In this document: positions 1-8,019 of the stretch, one piece after another | Position numbering within the stretch: the first letter of the stretch is position 1 | How the letters are laid out: each line of letters opens with the position of its first letter | Source: Verrucomicrobiales bacterium | Lineage (GTDB): Bacteria; Verrucomicrobiota; Verrucomicrobiia; Verrucomicrobiales; Akkermansiaceae | DNA: 39,357 bases | Reading direction: 5' to 3' | NCBI GenBank assembly: GCA_038319595.1 | Contig: JBBQDJ010000001.1 | Location: 1 to 39,357, forward strand | Made by a program: the position numbers and the translations under genes | The notes under the pieces: model-generated | Database searches by the model: none | Seen by the model: the letters and a program-made list of their open reading frames with translations, nothing else | Told to the model about the DNA's origin: nothing

Positions 1-222
1 CGGATCGCAAGCTCCGCCCAACAAGATTTCGTGCGTCGCCGGGTCAGCGCCCGTCCGCAGCCAGAGCTCCAGCGCCCGTTCACGGCTGACCCGTGCGCTG
101 CCAGCATCCGTGGCCGGCAGGCCATTGAAATCCGGCAGCAATCGCACCGCCATCGCTTCGAGGCTTTCCGCACCCAGCATGCTCGCCGCGTGATCCTGCG
201 TCAGTCCTCGCTTTCCGGTCAT
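1..222 (-). CDS. N-terminal 74 codons of a CDS running off the left edge; weak resemblance to the N-terminus of bacterial class I HMG-CoA reductases
   Basis: Not in the ORF track. The minus strand from ATG 222 reads MTGKRGLTQDHAASMLGAESLEAMAVRLLPDFNG...ERALELWLRTGADPATHEILLGGACDP with no stop to position 1. An in-frame TGA lies at 247-249 upstream. The CDS is fairly likely; the product guess rests on recalled similarity only. Confidence 0.45.
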   Translation of the reverse strand, partial: MTGKRGLTQDHAASMLGAESLEAMAVRLLPDFNGLPATDAGSARVSRERALELWLRTGADPATHEILLGGACDP

Positions 223-299
223 CGGAAAAACGATTGTCGGAGGCGATCACGGCGTCAATGGATTTGAAAAACCGACTCCGAGGGGCGGGAAATCAATCC

Positions 300-328
300 T
301 TGCCAGACCCAGGTTCGGTGGCTAAAGG
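300..328 (+). promoter_or_regulatory. Putative sigma70-type promoter of the RRM gene
   Basis: TTGCCA (300-305), 17 nt, TAAAGG (323-328); the same TTGC-type -35 recurs at other promoters in this window. Confidence 0.4.
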
Positions 329-436
329 CATGGCGTTCATTTTGCAAAATCGCGGATGGACGCGCTTCGTCTGGTCTCCCACGCCATGGTCTCAGGAAGT
401 GATGAATGTGATGGCGTGACGAAAGAATAGACGAAA

Positions 437-934
437 ATGGACATCTACGTGGGCAACCTGCCCTACACCGCTACAGAAGAAGACGTTTCAGGCCTCTTCG
501 CCGCTTATGGACCTGTCGAACGGGTAAAAATCATCACCGACCGTGAGACTGGCCGATCCAAGGGATTTGCTTTCGTCACCCTCGGTGACCAGAGCCAGTT
601 GAATGCCTCGATCGAGGCGCTCAACGGCTACGACTATCAGGGCCGCGCGCTCCGCGTGAACGCTTCTGAACCGAAAGAAGCCAAGCCGGGCGGCTTCCGT
701 TCCGGTGGTGGTGGCGGCGGCGGTGGCTACGGCGGAGAACGCCGTGGTGGTGGCGGCGGCGGCGGCGGTGGCGGTGGCTACGGTGGCGGCGGCGGAGAAC
801 GCCGTGGCGGCGGTGGCTACGGCGGTGGCGGCGGCGGCGGAGATCGCCGGGGTGGTGGTGGCGGCGGCTACAAAGGTGGCGGCGGTGGCGGCTACAAAGG
901 TGGCGGCGGCGGCGGCGGCGGTGGCTGGGATTGA
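437..934 (+). CDS. RRM (RNP-1) RNA-binding protein with a Gly/Arg/Tyr-rich low-complexity tail
   Basis: RNP2 IYVGNL, RNP1 KGFAFVTL, DRETGRS and LRVNAS motifs, then about 75 aa of GGGGY/GERRGG repeats. Confidence 0.95.
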   Translation: MDIYVGNLPYTATEEDVSGLFAAYGPVERVKIITDRETGRSKGFAFVTLGDQSQLNASIEALNGYDYQGRALRVNASEPKEAKPGGFRSGGGGGGGGYGGERRGGGGGGGGGGGYGGGGGERRGGGGYGGGGGGGDRRGGGGGGYKGGGGGGYKGGGGGGGGGWD

Positions 935-966
935 TCCCTGACACGCAGCTCCAACAGCTTTTTCAC

Positions 967-1005
967 AGCGCCTGGTTTTCCTCACGGAAAACCAGGCGTT
1001 TTTTT
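967..1005 (+). terminator. Rho-independent terminator of the RRM gene
   Basis: Perfect 13-bp stem CGCCTGGTTTTCC (969-981) / GGAAAACCAGGCG (986-998), loop TCAC, then a T7 run. Confidence 0.9.
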
Positions 1006-1170
1006 ATGCTGGCCCAAGACATCGCAGGTCGGATCAACATCCCTCCTTTCTGAACATCTGAAACGACGGTTCAACTCGGTCGCCTTCGAGCAATCACGAA
1101 CTGCCCAGTTTTATCCCGTCGCCGACACATTTTCGAAATAGCGTTAATGAATGCGCCGTAAATCGGACCC

Positions 1171-2019
1171 ATGATGCGCCCCATTCTCCTGCTCAGCCTC
1201 GCCCTAGCGGCGAATCTCACCGCCGCTCCGATCCCAAAGGAAGCTTATGAAAACGGCCTCGCCATTGGATGCCAGGCGTATTCCTTCAAGGAATTCAGCG
1301 CCTTCGAGGCGATCGAAAAAACCAAGGAGGCCGGCGGCAAGACCATCGAGTTTTACCCCGGCCAAAAGCTGCGTCCAGACTCACCCAAGGGTGAGGTGGT
1401 CTCCCACAATGCCGGCGATGACCTCGTCAAAGCGCTCAAGGACGAGTGCACCCGCCAAGGGATTTTCCCGGTCAACTACGGGGTCGTAGCAGCCTCCAAT
1501 GCCGCAGAGATCCGCAAGATCATGGAGTTTGCCAAGAAGATGGGGCTTTATAGTGTCTGCTCCGAGTCCACCGAACTGGTGGAGGAGTGGGAGAAGGCGG
1601 TGAAGGAATTCGACATCAAGGTTGCCTTCCATGAGCACGGCGGCTCCATGTCGAATCCGAGATACAAGGTCTGGAACCCGCTCTACATCCGCGGCGTTGT
1701 CGAAAGCCGCGATCCGCGCATCGGGGCCTGTGCCGACCTCGGTCACTGGTGTACCTCCAATCTAAAACCCATCGAATGCCTGCGCATCCTCGAAGGCCGC
1801 GTGATCAGCGTGCACCTCAAGGACAAGTCCGAGTTCGGTCCAAAAGGGGAAGTGGTCCCCGCCGGTCAGGGAGTCGTCGATGTGGCCGCCTGCATCGCTG
1901 AGCTGAAAAAGCAGGGCTTCAACGGCCATTTCTCCGTCGAGTATGAGAACGATTGGAAAAACAACGTACCGAAGATCAAGGAAACGATCGATTTCACCAA
2001 GGCCGAGTGGGTGAAATGA
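1171..2019 (+). CDS. Secreted sugar-phosphate isomerase/epimerase family (AP endonuclease 2 TIM-barrel) protein
   Basis: Signal peptide, GCQAYSF, IEFYPG and the family metal ligands FHEH, ADLGHW, VHLKD, SVEYE. Confidence 0.88.
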   Translation: MMRPILLLSLALAANLTAAPIPKEAYENGLAIGCQAYSFKEFSAFEAIEKTKEAGGKTIEFYPGQKLRPDSPKGEVVSHNAGDDLVKALKDECTRQGIFPVNYGVVAASNAAEIRKIMEFAKKMGLYSVCSESTELVEEWEKAVKEFDIKVAFHEHGGSMSNPRYKVWNPLYIRGVVESRDPRIGACADLGHWCTSNLKPIECLRILEGRVISVHLKDKSEFGPKGEVVPAGQGVVDVAACIAELKKQGFNGHFSVEYENDWKNNVPKIKETIDFTKAEWVK

Positions 2020-2065
2020 TTTGATACGGCTCCTAGAAATCAGGTGTGGAAAGCCCACCCAGCTC

Positions 2066-2111
2066 AGGATGATCAAGCTAGGGAAAACCTGTGGTTGATC
2101 ATGCCTTTTTT
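2066..2111 (+). terminator. Probable terminator after the TIM-barrel gene
   Basis: AGG-ATGATCAA ... TTGATCAT-G-CCT stem with inner AGG/CCT pairs, followed by a T run. Confidence 0.55.
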
Positions 2112-2243
2112 ATCGCGAATGGACGCGAATTCAATTCATTTGGCTTGGGAAAATCACCTTGAGCAGGATTCCCCCTGATTTCAAGAGGGGTAATCGGCTC
2201 AATCCATCAGCCATTCGTGTCCATTGGCGTCCATTCGCGGTTT
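2111..2243. repeat. Inverted-repeat element built from a tandem 10-mer (CCATTCGCGT-like) with an internal hairpin; MITE/REP-like
   Basis: The right end has three 10-mers: CCATTCGTGT CCATTGGCGT CCATTCGCGG (2211-2240). The left end ATCGCGAATGGACGCGAAT (2112-2130) is their reverse complement at 17/19. An inner stem pairs TTGAGC..GATTCCCCCT with AGGGGTAATC..GCTCAA. Confidence 0.75.
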
Positions 2244-2467
2244 CCTTCTCCCTCACTTAATCGCCCTGGCCCCCGGTTGCCCTGAAATGGATTGACGGGA
2301 AGGACAAACTGGTGTGCCTTGGGTGTGCAAAACCGCTAACATCGCGTAAGCGATATTCTTTTTTGGAAGCTTGAATCTCCTCTCCCGTAATCGTGCTTTC
2401 CCCAGCGTTATTGCTGACGGAGCACGCTTTCCCCGAAAATTGAAACCAACCCCGAATCATCAAACCA

Positions 2468-3322
2468 ATGAAAACCATTCAATCCCGCATCGGAGTCTGT
2501 ATCATCGCGACCCTCGGTCTCGGTATGGCTGCCGCATCCGCCCTTCAACAATCCGTCAAAGTCCCGCTGGCCGGCAAGGAATTCGGGAAAGGTCTCGAAA
2601 TTCATGTTTCCAGCGGCGACCTGCTGCTGGCGGCATCCAACTCCTACTCCTACGGGGTGGTGGGGTCGTGCGTCGGCACCGGAGACTTCTCCAGACTGAC
2701 AGGAATTCCGATCAGCACTTTTTTGAACAACCTATCGCCAGGCAATTCAAAATACATTTCTGGAATTTACGCCAACCCAGGTGGCAAGCTGCCGATCACC
2801 GTCATCGACAAGACTTTTTCTGGAAAGTTGACCCTGCCTAAAGGAGTCGTGAACCTCTCGGCCACCGTCAGGGCTGGAATCACCAAAACCGGAGAAGCCT
2901 ATCTCGATGTGGTCGATGTGGTGGTGCAATCAACCGCCAAGATCAACGGCACGATCAAGTTCCGAAGTGGCTCGAAGTTCAACATCGGCACCGCTCCGCT
3001 GATCCAATTCAAAACGCCGACCCGCAGCGTCCGCGAGGATGAGGGGCAGGTCATCATTTATGTCACCCGGTTCGGCAATACCAAGGGATTTGCCTCGGCC
3101 GAATACACCACGATGCCCACCGAGAGCAGTGACTTCACGCCGGTCAGCGGCACCGTGGAATTCGGCGACAGGGATACCGAAATAGAAATTCCGGTCACCA
3201 TTCTCAACAATGCCATCAAGGAAGGTAACCGAAGCTTCACGCTGGTCCTGAGCGCGCCTAACGAGGGCACGGAAATCGGCCCCAAGAGCGTGATCACGGT
3301 CGAAATTCGCGATGACGATTGA
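2468..3322 (+). CDS. Secreted protein with a C-terminal Calx-beta domain
   Basis: Signal peptide; the C-terminal ~105 aa (IQF..VREDEG..VTR.G..EYTT..SDFTPVSGTVEF..IPVTILNN..EGNRSFTLVLS..VEIRDDD) follow the Calx-beta pattern. Confidence 0.85.
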   Translation: MKTIQSRIGVCIIATLGLGMAAASALQQSVKVPLAGKEFGKGLEIHVSSGDLLLAASNSYSYGVVGSCVGTGDFSRLTGIPISTFLNNLSPGNSKYISGIYANPGGKLPITVIDKTFSGKLTLPKGVVNLSATVRAGITKTGEAYLDVVDVVVQSTAKINGTIKFRSGSKFNIGTAPLIQFKTPTRSVREDEGQVIIYVTRFGNTKGFASAEYTTMPTESSDFTPVSGTVEFGDRDTEIEIPVTILNNAIKEGNRSFTLVLSAPNEGTEIGPKSVITVEIRDDD

Positions 3323-3351
3323 TCGTCAGCATTTCCCATAAAAATCAACCT

Positions 3352-3382
3352 GGCCGGCATCCTCACGGGTGTCGGCCTTTTT
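3352..3382 (+). terminator. Rho-independent terminator between the convergent Calx-beta and addA genes
   Basis: GGCCGGCATCC-TCAC-GGGTGTCGGCC-TTTTT, an 11-bp stem whose two G-U pairs form only on the + strand. Confidence 0.8.
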
Positions 3383-3389
3383 CGTGGCA

Positions 3390-6300
3390 TCACACCGCCA
3401 ACGCCTGACGGAGAGAAGTGGAAATCAGCACGCATTCGATCCGGGCGTCCGGATAGGCCCGTTGCATCACCTCGCGGTAGGAGCTCATCTGGCCTGCGTA
3501 TTTTTCGCCCAGCGCGGCGAGGTCAACGGTGGCGTCGGTTTTGAAATCGATGATTTCAACGAGATCCACGGCGTCTTTGGCGGTGCGGTGAAGATGGACG
3601 CGGTCCATCACGCCGCTCAGCCATTTTCCATCGAGCAGGGCGTCGACCGGTTGTTCGCGCAGGCATTCGATGGATCTGCCGTTGCGCTCGAAGTAGCCGC
3701 GCAGCACCGGGGTTTTCAAAAGGTCAGTGACGAGCTGTCCGGCGGTGCCATCCGGCAGGCGAGGCGTTTCCTCGTCGATCCAACCGACCCTTTCAAACGC
3801 GGCGTGGACCTCGCTGCCGAAGCTCATTCCCGGGGTGGTGCTGCGGTTTTTCCCACCACTCGGAGTCGCCCGGATGCGGCGTGGGGTCGCCCCGGCCAGT
3901 TCCGGAAATGCGGCGATCCGCTTCGCCGGCGGAGTGCACGGGATTGCGTCGATCCAGTCCGGCGAGCCCGCCTGATAGACGATGCCGGTCCGGCCGTCAG
4001 CTTCGAGCGATCTCACCAGCCAGTTCGCCAGCGAGGGCTTGTCCGCATCCTGCTTTTCCGAGGGCGACTCTAACAGGACATACAGCCCGCGTTTCGACCG
4101 AGTGAGCGCGACGTAGAGCATGCAGAACGATTCATACCGCTGCGCCGCGCCCCAGCGCTCCTCCGCGGCGCGCATTTCGGGAATCAGTCCGCGCGCCCAT
4201 TTCGGCGGAGTCTCGCTGAGCCAGCCGTCTCCCTCCGCCACATCGAAATGCTGGGCCTCGGGAATGTTGTTGTTAGGGACATCCGGCAGGATGACGATGT
4301 CGAATCCCAGCCCCTTCGCCTTGTGAATGGTCATCACCTGGACGGCAGCCACGCCGGGACTTTGGGAAACCTCTAACCGCTCGATCCAGTCCGCCGCTTC
4401 CCGGGCGGTCGCTCCGCCCTGTGCGTCGAGTTGGGCGAGCGAGGAAACGAGGTCACCCGCACGGCGTCGACCGAAGTCCGACCAGCCGGACCAGAGCGGC
4501 TCGATCAACGCCTCGGCCATCGCCGCAAAGCCGGACTCCGCCGCATTTCCTAACAATCCCTCCCACGCCTGCTGCCAATGCTCCCCGAACCTCGCATGGA
4601 GGACGCCGCCGATCGGCGACATTTCCACGACCTCGCGCGAAAAATGGTCCGCTGGATTCGCGAGCCATTTCAACAGGTGGCCCAGTGCAATGCCTACCGG
4701 ATTATCCTTCGCAGGTTCACGCCGACCTTCTTCGATGACGTCAAATCCCTTGGCACGGAGGTCATCCGCGACTTCCCTCACCTTCGAATTGCTCCGCACC
4801 AGCACCCCGCAAGTCATCGGCCGCGCGCCGACACCGAGTTCACCTAACAATCCACCAAGTCGCTCCAAGCGTTCCTCCCATTTCCCCGCCACGACTTCGA
4901 CCCGCGCCTCACCGCGCTTGGCGGAATCCTGCAAACGGGAGGTGGCAACATGCTCGGGACAGTCCCAGCGATCCGCGACGCTGCCGAACAGTTCGTGCAT
5001 CGTCCGGGTGTCCCGGCAGACGTGGTTCACTAGGGAAAGAACTTCCGGGCAGGAACGCCAGGACTCGGCCATCGCCGCGATTTCCAGCCCGCCCCGATAC
5101 CGCTCCGTCACCTCGTCGAACAGGCCGACCTCGCCGCCACGCCACGCGTAGATGGCCTGCTTGGTGTCGCCGACGATGAAGACCGAGCCACCGACCTCGC
5201 CCGCCGCCTCGTCGATGAGCGGCAACAGGCCCGCCCAGTCGGCGCGACTGGTGTCCTGGAACTCATCCAGCAGCCAATGCTCGTAGCGGGCATCTAACCG
5301 GAAATCCACGGTCTCACGCCGCAGGCGGGCGTCTTCGTTTTTCATCCATCCGCCCATCAGAATCTTAACGTCCTCGAATCCTAACAACCCGCGCCGGCGG
5401 AGCTGGCTCTCGCAGCGGGCGTCGTGAACGGAAACCACCTCGCGCACCGCGCGCGTCCGTTGCAGCGCGGCCGCCATCTCGCAACGGGCGGCGAGATGGA
5501 CCATCTCGCGCAGCGCGTCTCCGGCCGGTCCACTGATCTGGAAATCCTTGTAAAACTTGACACTCAACGGTCCGTTAGACGTGGCGGCGGATGCTTCCAT
5601 CACGCTCGCTAACAGGCCGGTGATTCCACCCAGGCTACCGCTGCCGATGGTGTGGTCCGTTAGGGTGAGGATCAGCTTCTCCAGCGCGGCGCGTTGGCGC
5701 TTGTCGTTGGTTTCAATGCCGTCGAGTCCACGCGACACCTTGGCGGCGAGATCGTGTTTGTGTTTCTCCCAGTCGTCCAGATTCACACCCGCCAACGCGG
5801 CGGGCCCCCACTCCACACCTTGGGCGGTGCGGTAGCGGCTTTGCCAGCTTTTGACGAAGCCGCGCAGGCCCTCGATCACGCCCTGCTGCTCCTTGCCCAG
5901 GGTCGCGCGGCGAAAGGCGTGCAGGAATTCATCGCCCCGGTCGGCTTCCAAGGTTTCACCGAGAATGGCCCCGAGGATTCCGTCCGCAGCGGCAGTCGCG
6001 CGGGCTCCCTCTAACAAATCGAATTTTCCGCCGGTGAGTCCGAGTTCGTATTGGAAGCCGCGCACCACCTTCGAGAAGAAACTGTCCATGGTCCCCAGCG
6101 TGAAGCGGGGCAGCGCGCGGACGACCTTTTCCAAGGCAGCGGAGAAGTCCGCATCGTTCAGTGCGAGTTCCTTGCGCAGCGCGGCGGCAGCCGTCTCGTC
6201 GCCAGCGGCCGCCGCGAGCTTCGTTAGCACGGAGTCCGCGAATTCCCCGGCGGCCTTGCGGGTGAAGGTGAGAGCGACGATTTTTTCCGGGGCCACGCCC

Positions 6301-6395
6301 ATCGCCACCAGGCCAATCACGCGGTTTCCTAACTGGAAGGTTTTTCCCGATCCGGCAGACGCGAGGATGAGCAGGTTCGGTGCGAGGATGTTCAT
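3390..6395 (-). CDS. addA: AddA/RecB-like SF1 helicase-nuclease (UvrD family with a C-terminal PD-(D/E)XK nuclease)
   Basis: ASAGSGKT, LTFTRKAA, LDEFQDT, VGDTKQAIYAWRG, SWRS, MTIHKAKGL, YVALTR, then GVMDRV..IIDFKT..QMSSY. Start moved to ATG 6395 (MNILAPNL) because the track's 6524 start overlaps the GT4 gene. Confidence 0.85.
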   Translation of the reverse strand: MNILAPNLLILASAGSGKTFQLGNRVIGLVAMGVAPEKIVALTFTRKAAGEFADSVLTKLAAAAGDETAAAALRKELALNDADFSAALEKVVRALPRFTLGTMDSFFSKVVRGFQYELGLTGGKFDLLEGARATAAADGILGAILGETLEADRGDEFLHAFRRATLGKEQQGVIEGLRGFVKSWQSRYRTAQGVEWGPAALAGVNLDDWEKHKHDLAAKVSRGLDGIETNDKRQRAALEKLILTLTDHTIGSGSLGGITGLLASVMEASAATSNGPLSVKFYKDFQISGPAGDALREMVHLAARCEMAAALQRTRAVREVVSVHDARCESQLRRRGLLGFEDVKILMGGWMKNEDARLRRETVDFRLDARYEHWLLDEFQDTSRADWAGLLPLIDEAAGEVGGSVFIVGDTKQAIYAWRGGEVGLFDEVTERYRGGLEIAAMAESWRSCPEVLSLVNHVCRDTRTMHELFGSVADRWDCPEHVATSRLQDSAKRGEARVEVVAGKWEERLERLGGLLGELGVGARPMTCGVLVRSNSKVREVADDLRAKGFDVIEEGRREPAKDNPVGIALGHLLKWLANPADHFSREVVEMSPIGGVLHARFGEHWQQAWEGLLGNAAESGFAAMAEALIEPLWSGWSDFGRRRAGDLVSSLAQLDAQGGATAREAADWIERLEVSQSPGVAAVQVMTIHKAKGLGFDIVILPDVPNNNIPEAQHFDVAEGDGWLSETPPKWARGLIPEMRAAEERWGAAQRYESFCMLYVALTRSKRGLYVLLESPSEKQDADKPSLANWLVRSLEADGRTGIVYQAGSPDWIDAIPCTPPAKRIAAFPELAGATPRRIRATPSGGKNRSTTPGMSFGSEVHAAFERVGWIDEETPRLPDGTAGQLVTDLLKTPVLRGYFERNGRSIECLREQPVDALLDGKWLSGVMDRVHLHRTAKDAVDLVEIIDFKTDATVDLAALGEKYAGQMSSYREVMQRAYPDARIECVLISTSLRQALAV

Positions 6396-6457
6396 CGTGG
6401 ACCCACCATGGACGGATCGCAGGAAATGAAAATCCCCGAAGTGTCGAAAATCATCCG

Positions 6458-7804
6458 CTAGATCGATGGCGCGAGCGATGGTTCGTCGAGGAAAGCGGCG
6501 AGTTTCGCAAAATGGCCGTCCCACGTCGGCGGGCGGTAGTTTTTCATCCGCTCCATCTGGGCGAGGCGGGCGGGGGAGCCGTCGCGGGAGTATTCACGGA
6601 TGGCCTCCGACCAGCCGTTTCCATCCAAGGGCGAGAGCAAGGTTGGAATGCCCTGGCCAGCTTCTAAAAAGGGCGGGATGTTCGAGCCGATCACCGGCAC
6701 GCCCATGGCCAATGCCTCCACCAGCGGCATCCCCCAGCCTTCGACGAAGGAGGGGAACAACATGGCACGGGCGCGGTGGAGCAGCGGCCAGAGCTCGGCA
6801 TCAGGGACGTCGTTCATCTCGCGGACATGGCCACGGAGGGCCTCGCAGCGGTCGAGAATCCGAAACAGCGCTTCGTTTTCCCAGCCACGGCGGCCGATGA
6901 TGCACAACTCCGGGATGTCTCCGGGCGGGAGGGTTTCCGCAAACTCCCGCCAAAGGTGGACCACCAGCGCGTGATTCTTCCGCGGCTCGATGGTGCCGAG
7001 CATGACGAAATACGGCCGCGGCGAGGGACTTGGGGAAGTCTGGCCATTCGCGTGGGCCAGCACCCCGGGGTCCACGCCGATTGGAATCACCGCGACGGGC
7101 AACTCAGGCGCGCCCATGGCTTCCCGCCAGTGATCCATCCGCGCGGCGGTGTATTCCGAGTTCACCACCAAGTGGGTGGCGTAGCGGAACGCGTTGCGGA
7201 GCCGCAGCAGATGCTTCGGCCCCTCAAGCTCGCGGCAATATTCGGGAAAATCGCAGGGAATCGTGTCATGGATGAACATCACCCGTTTCAGATCCCGGTG
7301 GCGGGCGAGAGCTGACAGATAGGCGCTGCGCCCGAGCATCGAATGAGAGATCCCGAAAAAGCAGCCGGCTCGCGCTTGGGTGCGCCAACGTTGGTCCACC
7401 CGGTAGGCACCCTCACCCGCCGAAACGTCCAGCAGGTCGAGCGCCGCCAATCCGGAGTCGCAGAGTTCGTGCAGGCTGCGGGACGCTTGAAGGTTGGCGA
7501 GGCCACGGCGGCGCGCCTGCCATTTTCCAGCCATCCTTACGCGCCGGGCATTGTCGCACAGCGGCGCTAGCTGCCGCTCGGTGAACGGCTCCTGCTCACC
7601 CCGCCAGACGGCTTCGAGCTTGTCGGCGAACGCCTCTCCCAGCCGATGATCGATCACGGAAAATCCGGCCGCGCTGTTGACGATGTATTCGACGGATCCC
7701 ATCGTCCGCAGATGCTTGAGGTAAGCTAGGTCCACCCGGTCGATGCCGCTGGGTCCGGGAAAGGTCGCTCGCTTGCACAAGCGGGTGATGTCGAAAACTC
7801 TCAT
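6458..7804 (-). CDS. GT4 glycosyltransferase, capsule-associated WcbB-like type
   Basis: DITRL..SGIDRVDLAY N-terminus, IHDTIP, VVNSEYT, LGTIEPRKNH, FPSFVEGWGMPLVEAL (EX7E). Confidence 0.9.
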   Translation of the reverse strand: MRVFDITRLCKRATFPGPSGIDRVDLAYLKHLRTMGSVEYIVNSAAGFSVIDHRLGEAFADKLEAVWRGEQEPFTERQLAPLCDNARRVRMAGKWQARRRGLANLQASRSLHELCDSGLAALDLLDVSAGEGAYRVDQRWRTQARAGCFFGISHSMLGRSAYLSALARHRDLKRVMFIHDTIPCDFPEYCRELEGPKHLLRLRNAFRYATHLVVNSEYTAARMDHWREAMGAPELPVAVIPIGVDPGVLAHANGQTSPSPSPRPYFVMLGTIEPRKNHALVVHLWREFAETLPPGDIPELCIIGRRGWENEALFRILDRCEALRGHVREMNDVPDAELWPLLHRARAMLFPSFVEGWGMPLVEALAMGVPVIGSNIPPFLEAGQGIPTLLSPLDGNGWSEAIREYSRDGSPARLAQMERMKNYRPPTWDGHFAKLAAFLDEPSLAPSI

Positions 7805-8019
7805 GCGTCTCTTGGGAATGGAGTTCTAGGGCAGAAACACGGTGGGGTCCAAGCCGATACTCCAAGTTTCCATGTTTCACAAAATCAATTGAATGGTGAG
7901 GCAGCAACCGCCACCGGGCTTGACATGGCAGCGTCAAAATCATCTTCCTTTCTGCGGCGTCCAACGGTCAACCGGATACGCTTTCCTCGTTGAAACCTCG
8001 CATTCATCCCTGCCATCCC

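Noticed and set aside
488-985. Ala/Thr-rich and Arg/His-rich ORFs overlapping the RRM gene
   Set aside because: Frame and antisense shadows of the (GGC)n repeats
2250-2467. Riboswitch (e.g. c-di-GMP) upstream of the Calx-beta gene
   Set aside because: No consensus elements recognised; an Rfam scan would be needed
3369-6429. Long plus-strand ORFs opposite addA, and similar ones opposite fabH, acs and lpxK (e.g. 21515-22606, 36177-37358)
   Set aside because: Typical high-GC antisense shadows with no motifs, fully overlapping well-supported genes
6396-6524. Extended N-terminus of AddA, and the longer track starts of fabF, acs and the methyltransferase
   Set aside because: They overlap neighbouring genes or candidate promoters, and family motifs begin at the downstream ATGs
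7805-8019. ops/JUMPStart antitermination element before the capsule operon
   Set aside because: No GGCGGTAG match; the nearest (GGCGGTTG) is on the opposite strand
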